Of a stretch of DNA of 64,000 nt, positions 47,113 to 56,651 are shown in pieces. A program made the translations under genes and the position numbers. The notes beneath the pieces are model-generated. The model made no database searches, was not told the DNA's origin, and saw only the letters and a program-made list of their open reading frames with translations. This stretch comes from Armatimonadota bacterium (GTDB lineage Bacteria > Armatimonadota > SYMT01): assembly GCA_041690135.1 (NCBI GenBank), contig JAWLHY010000007.1, positions 224,001 to 288,000 on the forward strand. The letters run 5' to 3'. Position 1 is the first letter of the stretch; the number at the start of each line of letters is the position of its first letter.

Positions 47113-50100
47113 TCACTTCGGCATTTGGCGGATCCACTCCCGGAACAGCCGGACCGCCTCCTCATCCACCCGCGCGGTCGCCAGGGGCGGCATGTGTCCC
47201 TTGTCGCGGTGGGAGAGGCGGTGGAGCAGCACGGACCGCTCCGGGTGGCCGGGGGCGATCAGCCGCGCTTCCGGCAGGCCGAAGGTGTCGTGCACCGGCT
47301 TCACGTCGAACAGCTTCATCCGCGGCTTTTCCGTGGTGAACTCCAGCTCCATCTGCGCGTTGCCGCCGCCCGCCTCCACGTGGCACTGCGAGCAGTTGCT
47401 GTGGATGTAGGAGCGGGCGCGGAGGTCCAGCGGCTCCTTCGGTGCGTAGGGGTCCACCAGCTTCGGGTAGCGCTCCGGCGCCAGCGCGAGCAGGTTCCCG
47501 GCGGCGGGGGACCGCTGGCCCCGGCTGGAGCCGTGCTTCTGCACGTACTCGTTCACCTTGGCCTCGTCCAGGCCCCGCTTCCGGAGCCGCGCGCGGAGGT
47601 CGTTCTGGGCGTCGCCGGCGTAGTTGTGGCGCAGCAGGCCCAGGTGCTCCAGCACCCGGAGCTGGTTGTCCCGCACCCGTCCGTAGTCGTGCTCGCGGTT
47701 CATCTGCAGGGTGCTCGGGCCCAGCACGTAGTTGGCGGCCCTGCTGTGGCAGACCATACACTCCGCCCGGCTCGGGTAGCGCCACAACTGCTTGCGGGTG
47801 CCGTCCGGGTTCTGCGCGGACCGCTTCACGCGGATGGAGTACTCCTGGTCCGCGCCCTTTCCGTCGACCAGCACGGCGTCGGTCTGCTCCTCGTTCCAGC
47901 GGTAGGAGTAGCCGACCCACTCGCCTTCCTGCTTCGTCAGGAACCGGGTCTCGATCCACCGCCGGGAGCGCGGGTTCCCCTCCTCCATCTCCAGGGCGAA
48001 CGATTTTACCAGCACCGTCCGGTCGGGGAAGTTCCAGCCGCGGTTTGGGGTCATATCGATCTTTGTGTCCGCGTCCGGTAGCGCGATGAACCGCTCCTTG
48101 TGCGCGCCGTCGGACCAGAGGGGGGCGTTTACGCTGTAGGGGATGAGACCGGGGTGAACGATGTGCTCCCGCACCGACCGGAACAGGCCGCTCTCGCTGA
48201 GCCTCCGCGGGAACTGGGAGGGGGGCAGGTCTTTCGGGGTGGGCTCCAGGGTAAAGAAGCCGCCTTCGCCGCCGCCGCGGTAGTCCGTGATCACGATCTC
48301 GCCGTTCCGATCCGTGCCGAAACCGGTGATCTGCAGGGACGTGTCGGCGATCTCCTTGTGCCAGAGGATCTTCTTGCCATCGTGGCGCACGGCCCAGATT
48401 TTGCCCGTGGAGTAGTCCCCGTAGACGTAGGCGCCCTGGAGTTCCGGGTGCTTCTCGCCGTAGTAAACGATGCCGCCCGTCAACGAACGCGCTTCGGAGT
48501 GAGGGTGCTCCACGGTCGGCTTCGAGACCGGCACGGGCGCGAGCTTTCGCGTGGGATAGAACGGATGGCCGCCTTCGTATACGCTCCAGCCGTAGTTCGC
48601 GCCACGTTCGATGAGGTAAGCCTGCTCCCACAGGTCCTGGCCGTTGTTACCCACCCAGATGTGTCCCGTCTTGCGGTCGATCGTCATCCGCCAGGGGTTG
48701 CGGAAACCGAGGCACCAGGTCTCGGGAGCCCAGGCGGCTTTCCCGACGAAGGGGTTGTCTTTCGGCACGGAGTAGTGGCGGCCGGGGTCCGGGCGATCCA
48801 CGTCGATGCGGAGCACCTTGGCCGTGAGCCGGGACGTGTCCTGGCCCACCACGTGCGTATCGGAGTCGGAAGTGCCGTCCCCGGTGGTGATGTAGAACAT
48901 CCCGTCGTGGCCGAACACCATCCCGCCGCCGTCATGCCCGTCCGAGAGCCACTCGATGATCGGGACCTCGCTTTTCGGGTCGAGTTGGTAAGGCGCCGTG
49001 CGGGAGAGGGTGTAGCGGGAGATCCGCATCTTCTTCTCCTCCGGTTTCACGGAGTGCGGACCCTTCCCACAAAGATAGATCCAGCCGTTCTTCGCGAACT
49101 GCGGGTGGAAGGCGAGGTCATAGACCGTCCGGTCCACGGTGAGGAGCGTCTCGAATTGGCTGGTGTCGGCGTCGTCGCGGAAGCGGACCAGCTTCGAGGT
49201 GGGCCCCGGCCATTCCTGCGTGATGCCCAGGAGACGGTCGCTGCCGGGCTCGTGGACGGCAATCACAGGCGCGGCCGGCAGCTTCAGCTTCGGGTAGACC
49301 CGCTGGGCACGGTAGGGGAGGGGCGGGTCCGGCGAACCGACCACGCGCGAGGAAGTTATGGGGAGGAAGCGCTCGATCCCGTAGGGCCGGGCGGTGCGGT
49401 GGTCCGGTCCAACGAAAGCGAGCGACACGTACTCCTCGTAGCGGTGGAAATCCGCGCGAGAGAGGGGGGCGATCGTGGAGAGTTCGGGTTTCGGGGTCCT
49501 GGCATCGTAGTCGTACCGGTGAAGCGCGAACTTCCAGCGTTCACCGGCGGCAGGGCGGCCGCCCGTGCGCAGGAAGTCGACCCATGGGATCCGGCCCTCC
49601 ACGGTCCAGCCGCGGTCGCGATCAGTCCGCTGGTTCAGGGTGCCGCGCAACTGCAAGCGGGAGTCGATGTGGAATTCTCCGTCGCGGAAGTAGCGCTCTT
49701 TCCCCGGCTCGCGGCGCGGGAAGAAAATATCGAGGACCGCCCCCGCGGCGTTGAACTCGAATTCGTAATAGCCGGGCCGGTCCTCCGCGGGCTTGAAGAA
49801 CAACTCGAACACGTCGTTGTTCCAGGCGGCCCCGTCGTGCTCGGTCACGTCGGCGAACAGGTCCCGGTCGTCCATCTCCGCCAGGAAGTAAAGGTGCTCG
49901 CGGTCCCACAACAGCCGGGCGCGGGTCTTCGCCTGCGCGGGTCGGGCCTCGTTCCCCAGCCATGGCAGTGCGAAGCGGTCGATCACCTGCGCGTGCTTCC
50001 AGGCTCCGTCTTTCCCTTTGCCGTCGATCTCGATCGGCGTATCGGCCCACCGGCACTCGAAGCCTTCCGTGGCGGCGGGACTGGGGTTCCCCGGGGCGGC

Positions 50101-50253
50101 GGCGGCCGGCAACCCGGAGCGCGACCCTCCCAGTACTCCCGTCACCACCGGCAAAAGCAGCGCGAGAGAAAGCAGCGCCGGGATCCAGCCACGGGCGGGT
50201 AGAACAGACCGGGTAAGTGTGGTAGGCGCGTGCGCGGAACGATTGATGGCCAT
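47113..50253 (-). CDS. Multidomain protein: CBM9-like domain, PQQ-dependent glucose/sorbosone dehydrogenase, two c-type heme motifs
   Basis: IEIDG..W, WNNDVFELF, WTVEGRIPW (CBM9-like); HDGGG.VFG.DG.FYITTGDG, GFRNPWR, GANYGW (GSDH); CMVCH and CSQCH. Confidence 0.9.
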   Translation of the reverse strand: MAINRSAHAPTTLTRSVLPARGWIPALLSLALLLPVVTGVLGGSRSGLPAAAAPGNPSPAATEGFECRWADTPIEIDGKGKDGAWKHAQVIDRFALPWLGNEARPAQAKTRARLLWDREHLYFLAEMDDRDLFADVTEHDGAAWNNDVFELFFKPAEDRPGYYEFEFNAAGAVLDIFFPRREPGKERYFRDGEFHIDSRLQLRGTLNQRTDRDRGWTVEGRIPWVDFLRTGGRPAAGERWKFALHRYDYDARTPKPELSTIAPLSRADFHRYEEYVSLAFVGPDHRTARPYGIERFLPITSSRVVGSPDPPLPYRAQRVYPKLKLPAAPVIAVHEPGSDRLLGITQEWPGPTSKLVRFRDDADTSQFETLLTVDRTVYDLAFHPQFAKNGWIYLCGKGPHSVKPEEKKMRISRYTLSRTAPYQLDPKSEVPIIEWLSDGHDGGGMVFGHDGMFYITTGDGTSDSDTHVVGQDTSRLTAKVLRIDVDRPDPGRHYSVPKDNPFVGKAAWAPETWCLGFRNPWRMTIDRKTGHIWVGNNGQDLWEQAYLIERGANYGWSVYEGGHPFYPTRKLAPVPVSKPTVEHPHSEARSLTGGIVYYGEKHPELQGAYVYGDYSTGKIWAVRHDGKKILWHKEIADTSLQITGFGTDRNGEIVITDYRGGGEGGFFTLEPTPKDLPPSQFPRRLSESGLFRSVREHIVHPGLIPYSVNAPLWSDGAHKERFIALPDADTKIDMTPNRGWNFPDRTVLVKSFALEMEEGNPRSRRWIETRFLTKQEGEWVGYSYRWNEEQTDAVLVDGKGADQEYSIRVKRSAQNPDGTRKQLWRYPSRAECMVCHSRAANYVLGPSTLQMNREHDYGRVRDNQLRVLEHLGLLRHNYAGDAQNDLRARLRKRGLDEAKVNEYVQKHGSSRGQRSPAAGNLLALAPERYPKLVDPYAPKEPLDLRARSYIHSNCSQCHVEAGGGNAQMELEFTTEKPRMKLFDVKPVHDTFGLPEARLIAPGHPERSVLLHRLSHRDKGHMPPLATARVDEEAVRLFREWIRQMPK

Positions 50254-50484
50254 GCGCGTTGTAGACCCTGTCCCAGAGCGAGCGCCCCAGTGTAGGAGCG
50301 TTCGGGGGTGTGAAACGTGTGAGTGCCTTGAGCGAAGCGGAGGAGATTCTCACACCGTTAGTAAATCCGGATCGATGAACCGCAAATCCTTCCCCGGCTC
50401 TCCACCCGCGTCCATGCGGCGACAGAACCTCGGGACGGTGCGTGGCTGTCCCGCCAGAAGGTGAACTCCCTCGTGCGCGCTAGT

Positions 50485-50525
50485 TGTGCCCGCACAGGCT
50501 TGCGCCCCGAGGCGGTGCGGGCACA
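50485..50525. repeat. REP hairpin carrying a 19-bp micro-element at 50499-50517
   Basis: TGTGCCCGCACAGG[CTTGCGCCCCGAGGCGGTG]CGGGCACA; removal restores the stem TGTGCCCGC-ACAG-GCGGGCACA. Confidence 0.65.
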
Positions 50526-50590
50526 GTGTTGTTTGGGAACCCCAAGGTTCAGCTCGGGAACCCATTTCGGGAAAGGAGACACCACGAGCG

Positions 50591-51781
50591 ATGTCAACCT
50601 CTCGGTGCGGCGTGACCCTCAAGTTCAACAAGAAGGAACTGGGAGTCGGGGAAGACGGGGAGAAGGACCTCCGGGAGGGCCTCTCGGCGGCCACCACGAC
50701 CGGACAGTTCCTCTGGCTGGCGAATGATGAATCCCTGCGTCTGGAGCGCCTGGGGCGCCAGGATGACGGCGACTTCGGCGAACACCGGACCTTCGACCTT
50801 GCAGATTACCTCGACCTGCCGGCGCCGCCACCCGGAGCCACGGATGGGGGCAAGAAAGGGGATGGGGGCAAAACGGAAGAGAAACACGAGTTCGCGGAGG
50901 CGGACCTGGAAGGCCTGGAGTACGAGGGAGGGTATCTCTGGCTGGTCGGCTCACACAGCCTGAAGCGCAAGAAACCGAAAGAAGGCAAGAGCGTGGAGAA
51001 GAACCTGGAGCGGCTGGCGACGGTGACCGCCGACGGCAATCGCTACCTCCTGGCGCGGATCCCCCTGGTCGTTCGCGACGGCGCGCCCGAGCCGGCCGCC
51101 GAGAGCCTCCACCCCGAGACGGGCGCCCCGCTGACCGCGCAGCGCCTGGAGGGGGACACGGAGGGCAACCTGCTGATTGAGGCGCTCTGCAAGGACCCGC
51201 ACCTGGGGCGCTACCTGGTGGCCCTCCCGGTTGCGAGCGAGCCGGAAGAGGAGTCCCCGGGCATTCCCGGTAAGGACAACGGCTTCGACATCGAAGGGCT
51301 GGCCGTGCGGAAGGACCGGGTTTTCCTCGGCTTGCGGGGTCCCGTACTGCGGGGCTGGGCGATCGTGCTGGAGTTGCAGGTTGAGGACGCGGGTCCCACG
51401 CGGCTGAAGCTGAAGCCGTTCGAGGATGGGACCCTGATCAGACGGCATTTCCTGGACCTGGGCGGGTTGGGCATCCGCGACTTGCTCCTCGACGGCGAGG
51501 ACATGCTGGTCCTGGCCGGACCGACCATGGACCTCGACGGCCCGGTCTGGATCTGGCGCTGGCGGGAAGCCACGCAGCAAACCGGTGATACGCTCACGTG
51601 GCGGAAGGACTTGAGCCCGGTGTGGCGGATCCCCAATGGGGACGGCACCGACCACGCCGAAGGCGTCGCCCTGGTGACGAACGACGATGGCAGCCGGCAA
51701 CTGCTGGTGACCTACGATTCGCCCGAGCCCGCCCGTCTGGGGAAAGAGGGCGAATACCACGCGGACCTCTTCGAACTCTAA
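50591..51781 (+). CDS. DUF3616 domain protein
   Basis: DLEGL, LWLVGSHSLKRK, PGKDNGFDIEGLAV, FLGLRGPVLRGWA, DLGGLGIRDL, LAGPTMDLDG, DHAEG; RBS AAAGGAG. Confidence 0.9.
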   Translation: MSTSRCGVTLKFNKKELGVGEDGEKDLREGLSAATTTGQFLWLANDESLRLERLGRQDDGDFGEHRTFDLADYLDLPAPPPGATDGGKKGDGGKTEEKHEFAEADLEGLEYEGGYLWLVGSHSLKRKKPKEGKSVEKNLERLATVTADGNRYLLARIPLVVRDGAPEPAAESLHPETGAPLTAQRLEGDTEGNLLIEALCKDPHLGRYLVALPVASEPEEESPGIPGKDNGFDIEGLAVRKDRVFLGLRGPVLRGWAIVLELQVEDAGPTRLKLKPFEDGTLIRRHFLDLGGLGIRDLLLDGEDMLVLAGPTMDLDGPVWIWRWREATQQTGDTLTWRKDLSPVWRIPNGDGTDHAEGVALVTNDDGSRQLLVTYDSPEPARLGKEGEYHADLFEL

Positions 51782-51989
51782 CCAGCGGACGATCCCTTTC
51801 CCACGGCAATCAGGCGATAATCTGCTGGCGGTACGGGTATGAGTTAGTAGACCATTGGGCACGCGTGGGCTGTGCGCCACCCCTTCAAAAGACCGGATCG
51901 ACCAGCCAATTTTTGTGGCGCGAAGTTGCCACCATGGTTGTGCGCGTTATCCTCTTTGAGGAAGCGAACGCCTTTCCCGGTATCTCAAG

Positions 51990-52058
51990 AGCCTGCGAAG
52001 GTTTACGCCCCGAGGGGGTGCAGGCTTTGCTGTTTGTAGGCACGAGTTTACTCGCCCA
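51990..52058. repeat. REP element carrying a 19-bp micro-element at 52002-52020
   Basis: AGCCTGCGAAGG[TTTACGCCCCGAGGGGGTG]CAGGCT; removal restores AGCCTGC-GAAG-GCAGGCT, followed by TTGCTGTTTGTAGGCACGAGTTTACTCGCC. Confidence 0.75.
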
Positions 52059-52123
52059 GCCGTGTGCCAACGCCCTGAACTCACGGAGACTTTCCATTGC
52101 TCGTCCGACCATTCCATAGTCAT

Positions 52124-53569
52124 ATGTGGGCCGCGTTTGTTATCGCCGTCGGGATGGCCGGCGCGGCGCGGGCCGAGGCTCCCGCGGAAGCGCTGGTGGA
52201 GCGGTACGGGAAGGCGGTGGTGACCATCACCGTGACCACTGTTGACGGACAGGCACGGCTGGGGACGGGCTTTTTCGTTACCCCCGAGGGGCGCCTGATC
52301 ACCAATCTTCACGTCATTCGCGGCGCCGAGAAGGTCGTCGTGCGGAAGACGGACGGCACGAGCTTCGACGCCGTGGAGGTGATGGCGCACGACCTCCCGC
52401 AGGACTACGCCATTCTCAAAGTCGCGACGTCCCGGCAGCCGACCGTGCTCCTGGGAGACTCCGACCTGCCGAAGATCGGCGCGCGTGTCTACGTGATCGG
52501 CAATCCCCAGGGCCTGGAGAACACGGTTACGGACGGCCTGCTGAGCGGAAGGCGGATGCTGAAGGAAGGCGTGCCGCTGCTTCAGATCAGCGCCCCCATC
52601 TCCACCGGTAGCAGCGGCAGCCCGGTGTTCGATGCGGAAGGGCGGGTCATCGGGGTTGCCGTCTCGCGGGTCGTCGACGGTCAGAATCTCAACTTCGCCA
52701 TTCCGATCAACAGCTTGAAGGGGGAGCTCACCCGCACCGCGGGTCGCACGCTTTCGGAACTGGATGCAACGGTAGCACTGGAGGAGGCACTGGCCGCCCT
52801 GAACGAGGATGACCTGGATCAGGCCACGGAGTTGTACGAGAAAGTCGCGCGCTCTCCGCACGATCCGCGCACCCGTCGGCTGGCCGCCTCCCTGGCGTTG
52901 TCCCTGATTTCGGCTCGGATCGCCGCCAACTGCGAGGCCTACGACCTCCTCAAGAAAGCTGTGGAACTGCCGCTCCCGGACAAAGACGACAAGTTGGCGC
53001 CTCCGGACGTCCCTCGTCACCGGGAGGCCTACCGCCGGTTACTTCAGGCCATCCAGCGCCGGTGCCTCTCAGACCTGGATGCCATGACCCGACTTTACCT
53101 GGACTGCCAGGATGTCCTCGACCGCGAGCCGGCAGCGCTGACCTTCCGGCTGGGGCGACCATTCGAAGCCGAGGCGCTGGCCGTGGAGCAGGCGCATGTG
53201 CGCATCGCGGAGGGCGTTCTGAACCAGACCCCCTTTGCGGGAGGGCTGGGAGAGGCGGCCTTCTACCTTCGTGCGCGCCACAAACACGCCTGGCTCCAGA
53301 GCCTGGGCATGGAAACCGCGTTCCTCGGCAACATCCGCGAGTGGCCCCGGCTGCCCCGCCTCCTGCAAACGCGCGCCCTCATCATCCCTCCCACACTGCC
53401 GTTCGGGGTGTTGACGGATGCCGTGTCCGCTCAGATCGTCGCCCACCCGGATCTCGGCGACACTCCCGCCTTCAACCGCCTGGTGAACGAACGCTATATC
53501 CGGATCAAAGAGCTCCACGAAAGCCGCCGGAAGCCCACAACCCCAGCTACAAACACAACCCCAAAATAG
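52124..53569 (+). CDS. Exported trypsin-like (S1C) serine protease without PDZ, with a helical C-terminal domain
   Basis: GTGFF, TNLHVI (His), DYAIL (Asp), ISTGSSGSP (Ser), NLNFAIP. Confidence 0.9.
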   Translation: MWAAFVIAVGMAGAARAEAPAEALVERYGKAVVTITVTTVDGQARLGTGFFVTPEGRLITNLHVIRGAEKVVVRKTDGTSFDAVEVMAHDLPQDYAILKVATSRQPTVLLGDSDLPKIGARVYVIGNPQGLENTVTDGLLSGRRMLKEGVPLLQISAPISTGSSGSPVFDAEGRVIGVAVSRVVDGQNLNFAIPINSLKGELTRTAGRTLSELDATVALEEALAALNEDDLDQATELYEKVARSPHDPRTRRLAASLALSLISARIAANCEAYDLLKKAVELPLPDKDDKLAPPDVPRHREAYRRLLQAIQRRCLSDLDAMTRLYLDCQDVLDREPAALTFRLGRPFEAEALAVEQAHVRIAEGVLNQTPFAGGLGEAAFYLRARHKHAWLQSLGMETAFLGNIREWPRLPRLLQTRALIIPPTLPFGVLTDAVSAQIVAHPDLGDTPAFNRLVNERYIRIKELHESRRKPTTPATNTTPK

Positions 53570-53802
53570 CGAGTTGACTCCGTCGAGGAGGCAACTCGTC
53601 TCAAAGACGAGAACGTGGAAAGGGAATGCCCATGGCCCGAGACGCGGCGCCCAAGCCGAACCGACGCCACTCCAATCGTCTCTGCGAGGAGGGATAGAAC
53701 CCGACCGACTTCACAGACACACGCCGCCGCAAGTTCGGAGCACAGTAACCCTGAATCTGAACCTCGTGACCCGACGCGAGTCTACCCGGCGAAGCTAGGG
53801 CA

Positions 53803-54006
53803 GGCCCCGGGTCAGGGAACCCGCCCTTACCCGCGACTCTTTATCCTTATCCTATTCCTAATCCATCCCGGCCCCCCTGGTCAGGGATGTGGTCTTGAGT
53901 CCGGAGTCTTTATCCTTATCCTGATCCTAATCCATCCCGGCCCCCTGGTCAGGGAACTCGGCATTACACGGGACTCATTATCCTTATCCTTATCTTTATC
54001 TTTATC
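53803..54006. repeat. Tandem repeat with about 68-69 bp period and (CTTATC)n core
   Basis: About 50-bp units at 53838-53887 and 53907-53955 plus partial copies, separated by 19-bp variable segments. Confidence 0.8.
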
Positions 54007-54023
54007 AAGTCCAGAGGCACCGA

Positions 54024-54977
54024 TTGGACCTGGCGATTTCCCCTAAAACCCCCTCGCTCCTCCAGCGGCTGCGACCGGCGAACGGCCTGGTGGCCGCGGG
54101 CCTGGTGCTCGTGGCCTTGCTGGCTGCGGCCGCGCTTTTTGCGCCCTGGATCGCTCCGCACGGGCCGGATATGCAGTTCCAGGACGGGTTGGATGCCCAT
54201 GGGATGCCGCTTCCCCCCAACGGACGCTTTCCGCTGGGCACCGACAGCCTGGGGAGGGACGTCCTCAGCCGGGTCATCTATGGATCGCGGGTGTCACTGC
54301 TGGTGGGAACGGTTGCCATGCTCACGGCGACTACCATCGGGCTCTTCGTTGGCCTTCTTGCGGGTTACTTCCGGGGCTGGGTGGAAACGCTCCTGATGCG
54401 TTTCACCGATGTGATGATGACGATCCCCGGCCTCCTCCTGGCGATTGCTCTCGCCGGGATGATGGACGGCCGGACGGTTCACTTGCATCCCGGCTTCATC
54501 CCAGCCCATTTCCTGGACTTCCGGCTCGAGCGCGGCGTGGTAAGTGTCTTCCTGGTGATCGGCGTTGTGAGTTGGACCGGCCTGGCGCGCATCGTGCGCG
54601 GACAGGTCCTGCTGCTGGGAAGTCGCGAGTTCGTGGAGGCCGCTCAGGTGCTCGGCAGCTCGCACGCGCGCATCCTCCTCCGGCATCTTCTCCCGAACGT
54701 CTTGCCCACCCTCGCCGTCCTTGCCACGATGAGTACCGCCGGGACGATCTCGCTGGAGGCTGGCTTGAGTTACCTAGGGGTGGGAGTTCCCCCGCCGGCA
54801 CCGTCGTGGGGGAGCATGATCAGCGAGGGCCAGGCCTACCTCCTGGTGGCGCCCTGGATCGTCCTCCCGCCCGGCATCGCCGTCATCCTGGCCGTCGTCG
54901 GCTTCAACCTCCTGGGCCAGGGCCTCCAGAACGCCCTCGACCCCCGCCAGGCAAGAGCGATCCAATCCCAACGCTAA
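54024..54977 (+). CDS. Peptide ABC transporter permease (DppC/OppC-like)
   Basis: PLGTDSLGRDVLSRVIYGSRVSL; EAA loop (EFVEAAQVLG); LSYLGVGVPPP.PSWG. Confidence 0.95.
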   Translation: MDLAISPKTPSLLQRLRPANGLVAAGLVLVALLAAAALFAPWIAPHGPDMQFQDGLDAHGMPLPPNGRFPLGTDSLGRDVLSRVIYGSRVSLLVGTVAMLTATTIGLFVGLLAGYFRGWVETLLMRFTDVMMTIPGLLLAIALAGMMDGRTVHLHPGFIPAHFLDFRLERGVVSVFLVIGVVSWTGLARIVRGQVLLLGSREFVEAAQVLGSSHARILLRHLLPNVLPTLAVLATMSTAGTISLEAGLSYLGVGVPPPAPSWGSMISEGQAYLLVAPWIVLPPGIAVILAVVGFNLLGQGLQNALDPRQARAIQSQR

Positions 54978-54996
54978 TCGGCAAAGGGAACCGAAT

Positions 54997-55051
54997 TAAC
55001 CGCACCGCCCAAGGGGCATCCGGCAGAGGACGCAGAGGTAACGCAGAGAAG
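54997..55051. repeat. (CGCAGAG)n REP-like element with a 21-bp divergent micro-element at 55003-55023 (minus orientation)
   Basis: AACCG[CACCGCCCAAGGGGCATCCGG]CAGAGGACGCAGAGGTAACGCAGAG; the reverse complement of the insert ends GGCGGTG like the other copies. Confidence 0.5.
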
Positions 55052-55252
55052 TCGAGGAGAAGAAGCACAACGTCTTGGGGTGGGGCGAAGTGTTGGAGCT
55101 TCCCCGGATTTTACGGAATGGAGCCGCAAGGTGCCTTCCGACCAATGTCAATGATCCACCGCGCTGCCTCATAGTGTGGCTTTTCGCGATTTCGCTCTTT
55201 CGCGATTTCGCGTTCTCTTTCGGTTCTTGTGGCGCTGCAGATTGGGGGTGTA

Positions 55253-56419
55253 ATGCGGACACCGATAAGGTTGCTTCTACCGGGGCTGGTGGCCCTGGGT
55301 TCCGTCGCTGTGGATGCAACGAGTACTGCGGGAACAAGAATCGCGGATGCAAATGAGTACTGTCCACCCCTGAGCCTCGCCTCCATCCCAGTTACCAGAA
55401 CCCCACTCCCGCCACGAGCCCTCACGCATTACGCATCACGTATTACGAGCACATCACGCATTACGAGCCCATTACGCAATACAAGCCCCACCCCCACGAC
55501 AAGCCCCACCCCCGCAGCGGCCCCCTTCGCCTCCCCGGTGCTGGAGCGCCTCGCGCCGCTGGTGGGTGGGGAGTGGGTCAGCCGCTCGAAGCTCTCGACC
55601 GCAGAGCCGGCGGCGCGGTTTACCTATTCCTGGGAGCGGGAAGGCAAGACCCTCCGCGCGGAGGGCCGGGTGGGGTCCACACCGACTACTGCGGTCATTG
55701 GGTGGGACCCCGCGGCGAGGAAGACCTACTACCTCGATATCCACGGTCCCGGCACCCTCTACTTCGGACATGCCACTGTGGAGGGGGATGAGGTCGCCTT
55801 CGACTTCCGCAACCTCATCGGCGATGGGGAGCACTGGCATTCCCGCGAGCGGCTGGTCTACGCGAGCACGTATCGAGCGGTACTCCGGCCGGCGAAAGGC
55901 GCTGCGAAGGGCGATCTCGTAAAGATCGACCTGGTGCGCCCGGAAGCGGCCCTCCCGCCGGATCCCCCGCAGCCGCCGGTAGTCCTCAAGCCGGAGGATC
56001 TGCACCCCATCCTCGCGCGGCTGGAGCTACTCATCGGCGGCACCTGGAAGTCCGAAGCCCGCGACCCCTCTGGCAAACCGTTCGTGGAGCTCTCCTACCG
56101 CTGGGGATCCGGCCGCAAGACCATCGTCGGAAAGGGGGCCATGGCCGGGATGAAGGTGGAGAGCGTCATCGGCTGGGACCCGAAAGAAGAGAAACTCTAT
56201 TACCTGGACCGTCACGGCCCGGAAACGGTCTACTTCGGCCATTACACGATCCACGACGAGGACATCACCGTCGATTTCCGCACGCTGGTGGGGCGGCCGG
56301 GCCAGTTCCGGACCAACGCCTGGTTTTCCGACACAAACACCTATATGGCGATTGTCCGTCCGATGAAAGACGGACAGGTCGGCAAAGGCCACAAGGTGAA
56401 ACTGGTCAGAACGAAATGA
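55253..56419 (+). CDS. Hypothetical exported protein with two tandem homologous beta domains
   Basis: Repeats L..L..LxGG.W...VIGWDP...YYLD.HGP.T.YFGH...DFR.L; start uncertain because the 5' region contains TTACGCA repeats. Confidence 0.75.
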   Translation: MRTPIRLLLPGLVALGSVAVDATSTAGTRIADANEYCPPLSLASIPVTRTPLPPRALTHYASRITSTSRITSPLRNTSPTPTTSPTPAAAPFASPVLERLAPLVGGEWVSRSKLSTAEPAARFTYSWEREGKTLRAEGRVGSTPTTAVIGWDPAARKTYYLDIHGPGTLYFGHATVEGDEVAFDFRNLIGDGEHWHSRERLVYASTYRAVLRPAKGAAKGDLVKIDLVRPEAALPPDPPQPPVVLKPEDLHPILARLELLIGGTWKSEARDPSGKPFVELSYRWGSGRKTIVGKGAMAGMKVESVIGWDPKEEKLYYLDRHGPETVYFGHYTIHDEDITVDFRTLVGRPGQFRTNAWFSDTNTYMAIVRPMKDGQVGKGHKVKLVRTK

Positions 56420-56447
56420 CCGCATTCAGCGACCGAGTGAGGTGTTG

Positions 56448-56465
56448 TGCCTGCGGAGGCAGGCA
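56448..56465. repeat. Uninterrupted REP hairpin TGCCTGC-GGAG-GCAGGCA
   Basis: Perfect 7-bp stem; equivalent to the empty host of the 51990 element. Confidence 0.6.
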
Positions 56466-56651
56466 CCCCGGAGGGTTCGGGAGCGACGTGGATTTCATCC
56501 CGTCGCGAGAGTCGGGGAGAATCGAATTGCCCTGGAGAAAGCACCAGTCGGCGCCGGTTTACGCCCGGGTAACCACGGAGTGGGTGCGGGTGCCCTTAGG
56601 GCGTTCGTGCCTGTTCAGCCTGCGACTTCAGTCGCCTATTGGCTTTCCCAG

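Noticed and set aside
53803-54006. CRISPR array
   Set aside because: Only two full units, low-complexity repeat, 19-bp mutually similar spacers and no cas genes.
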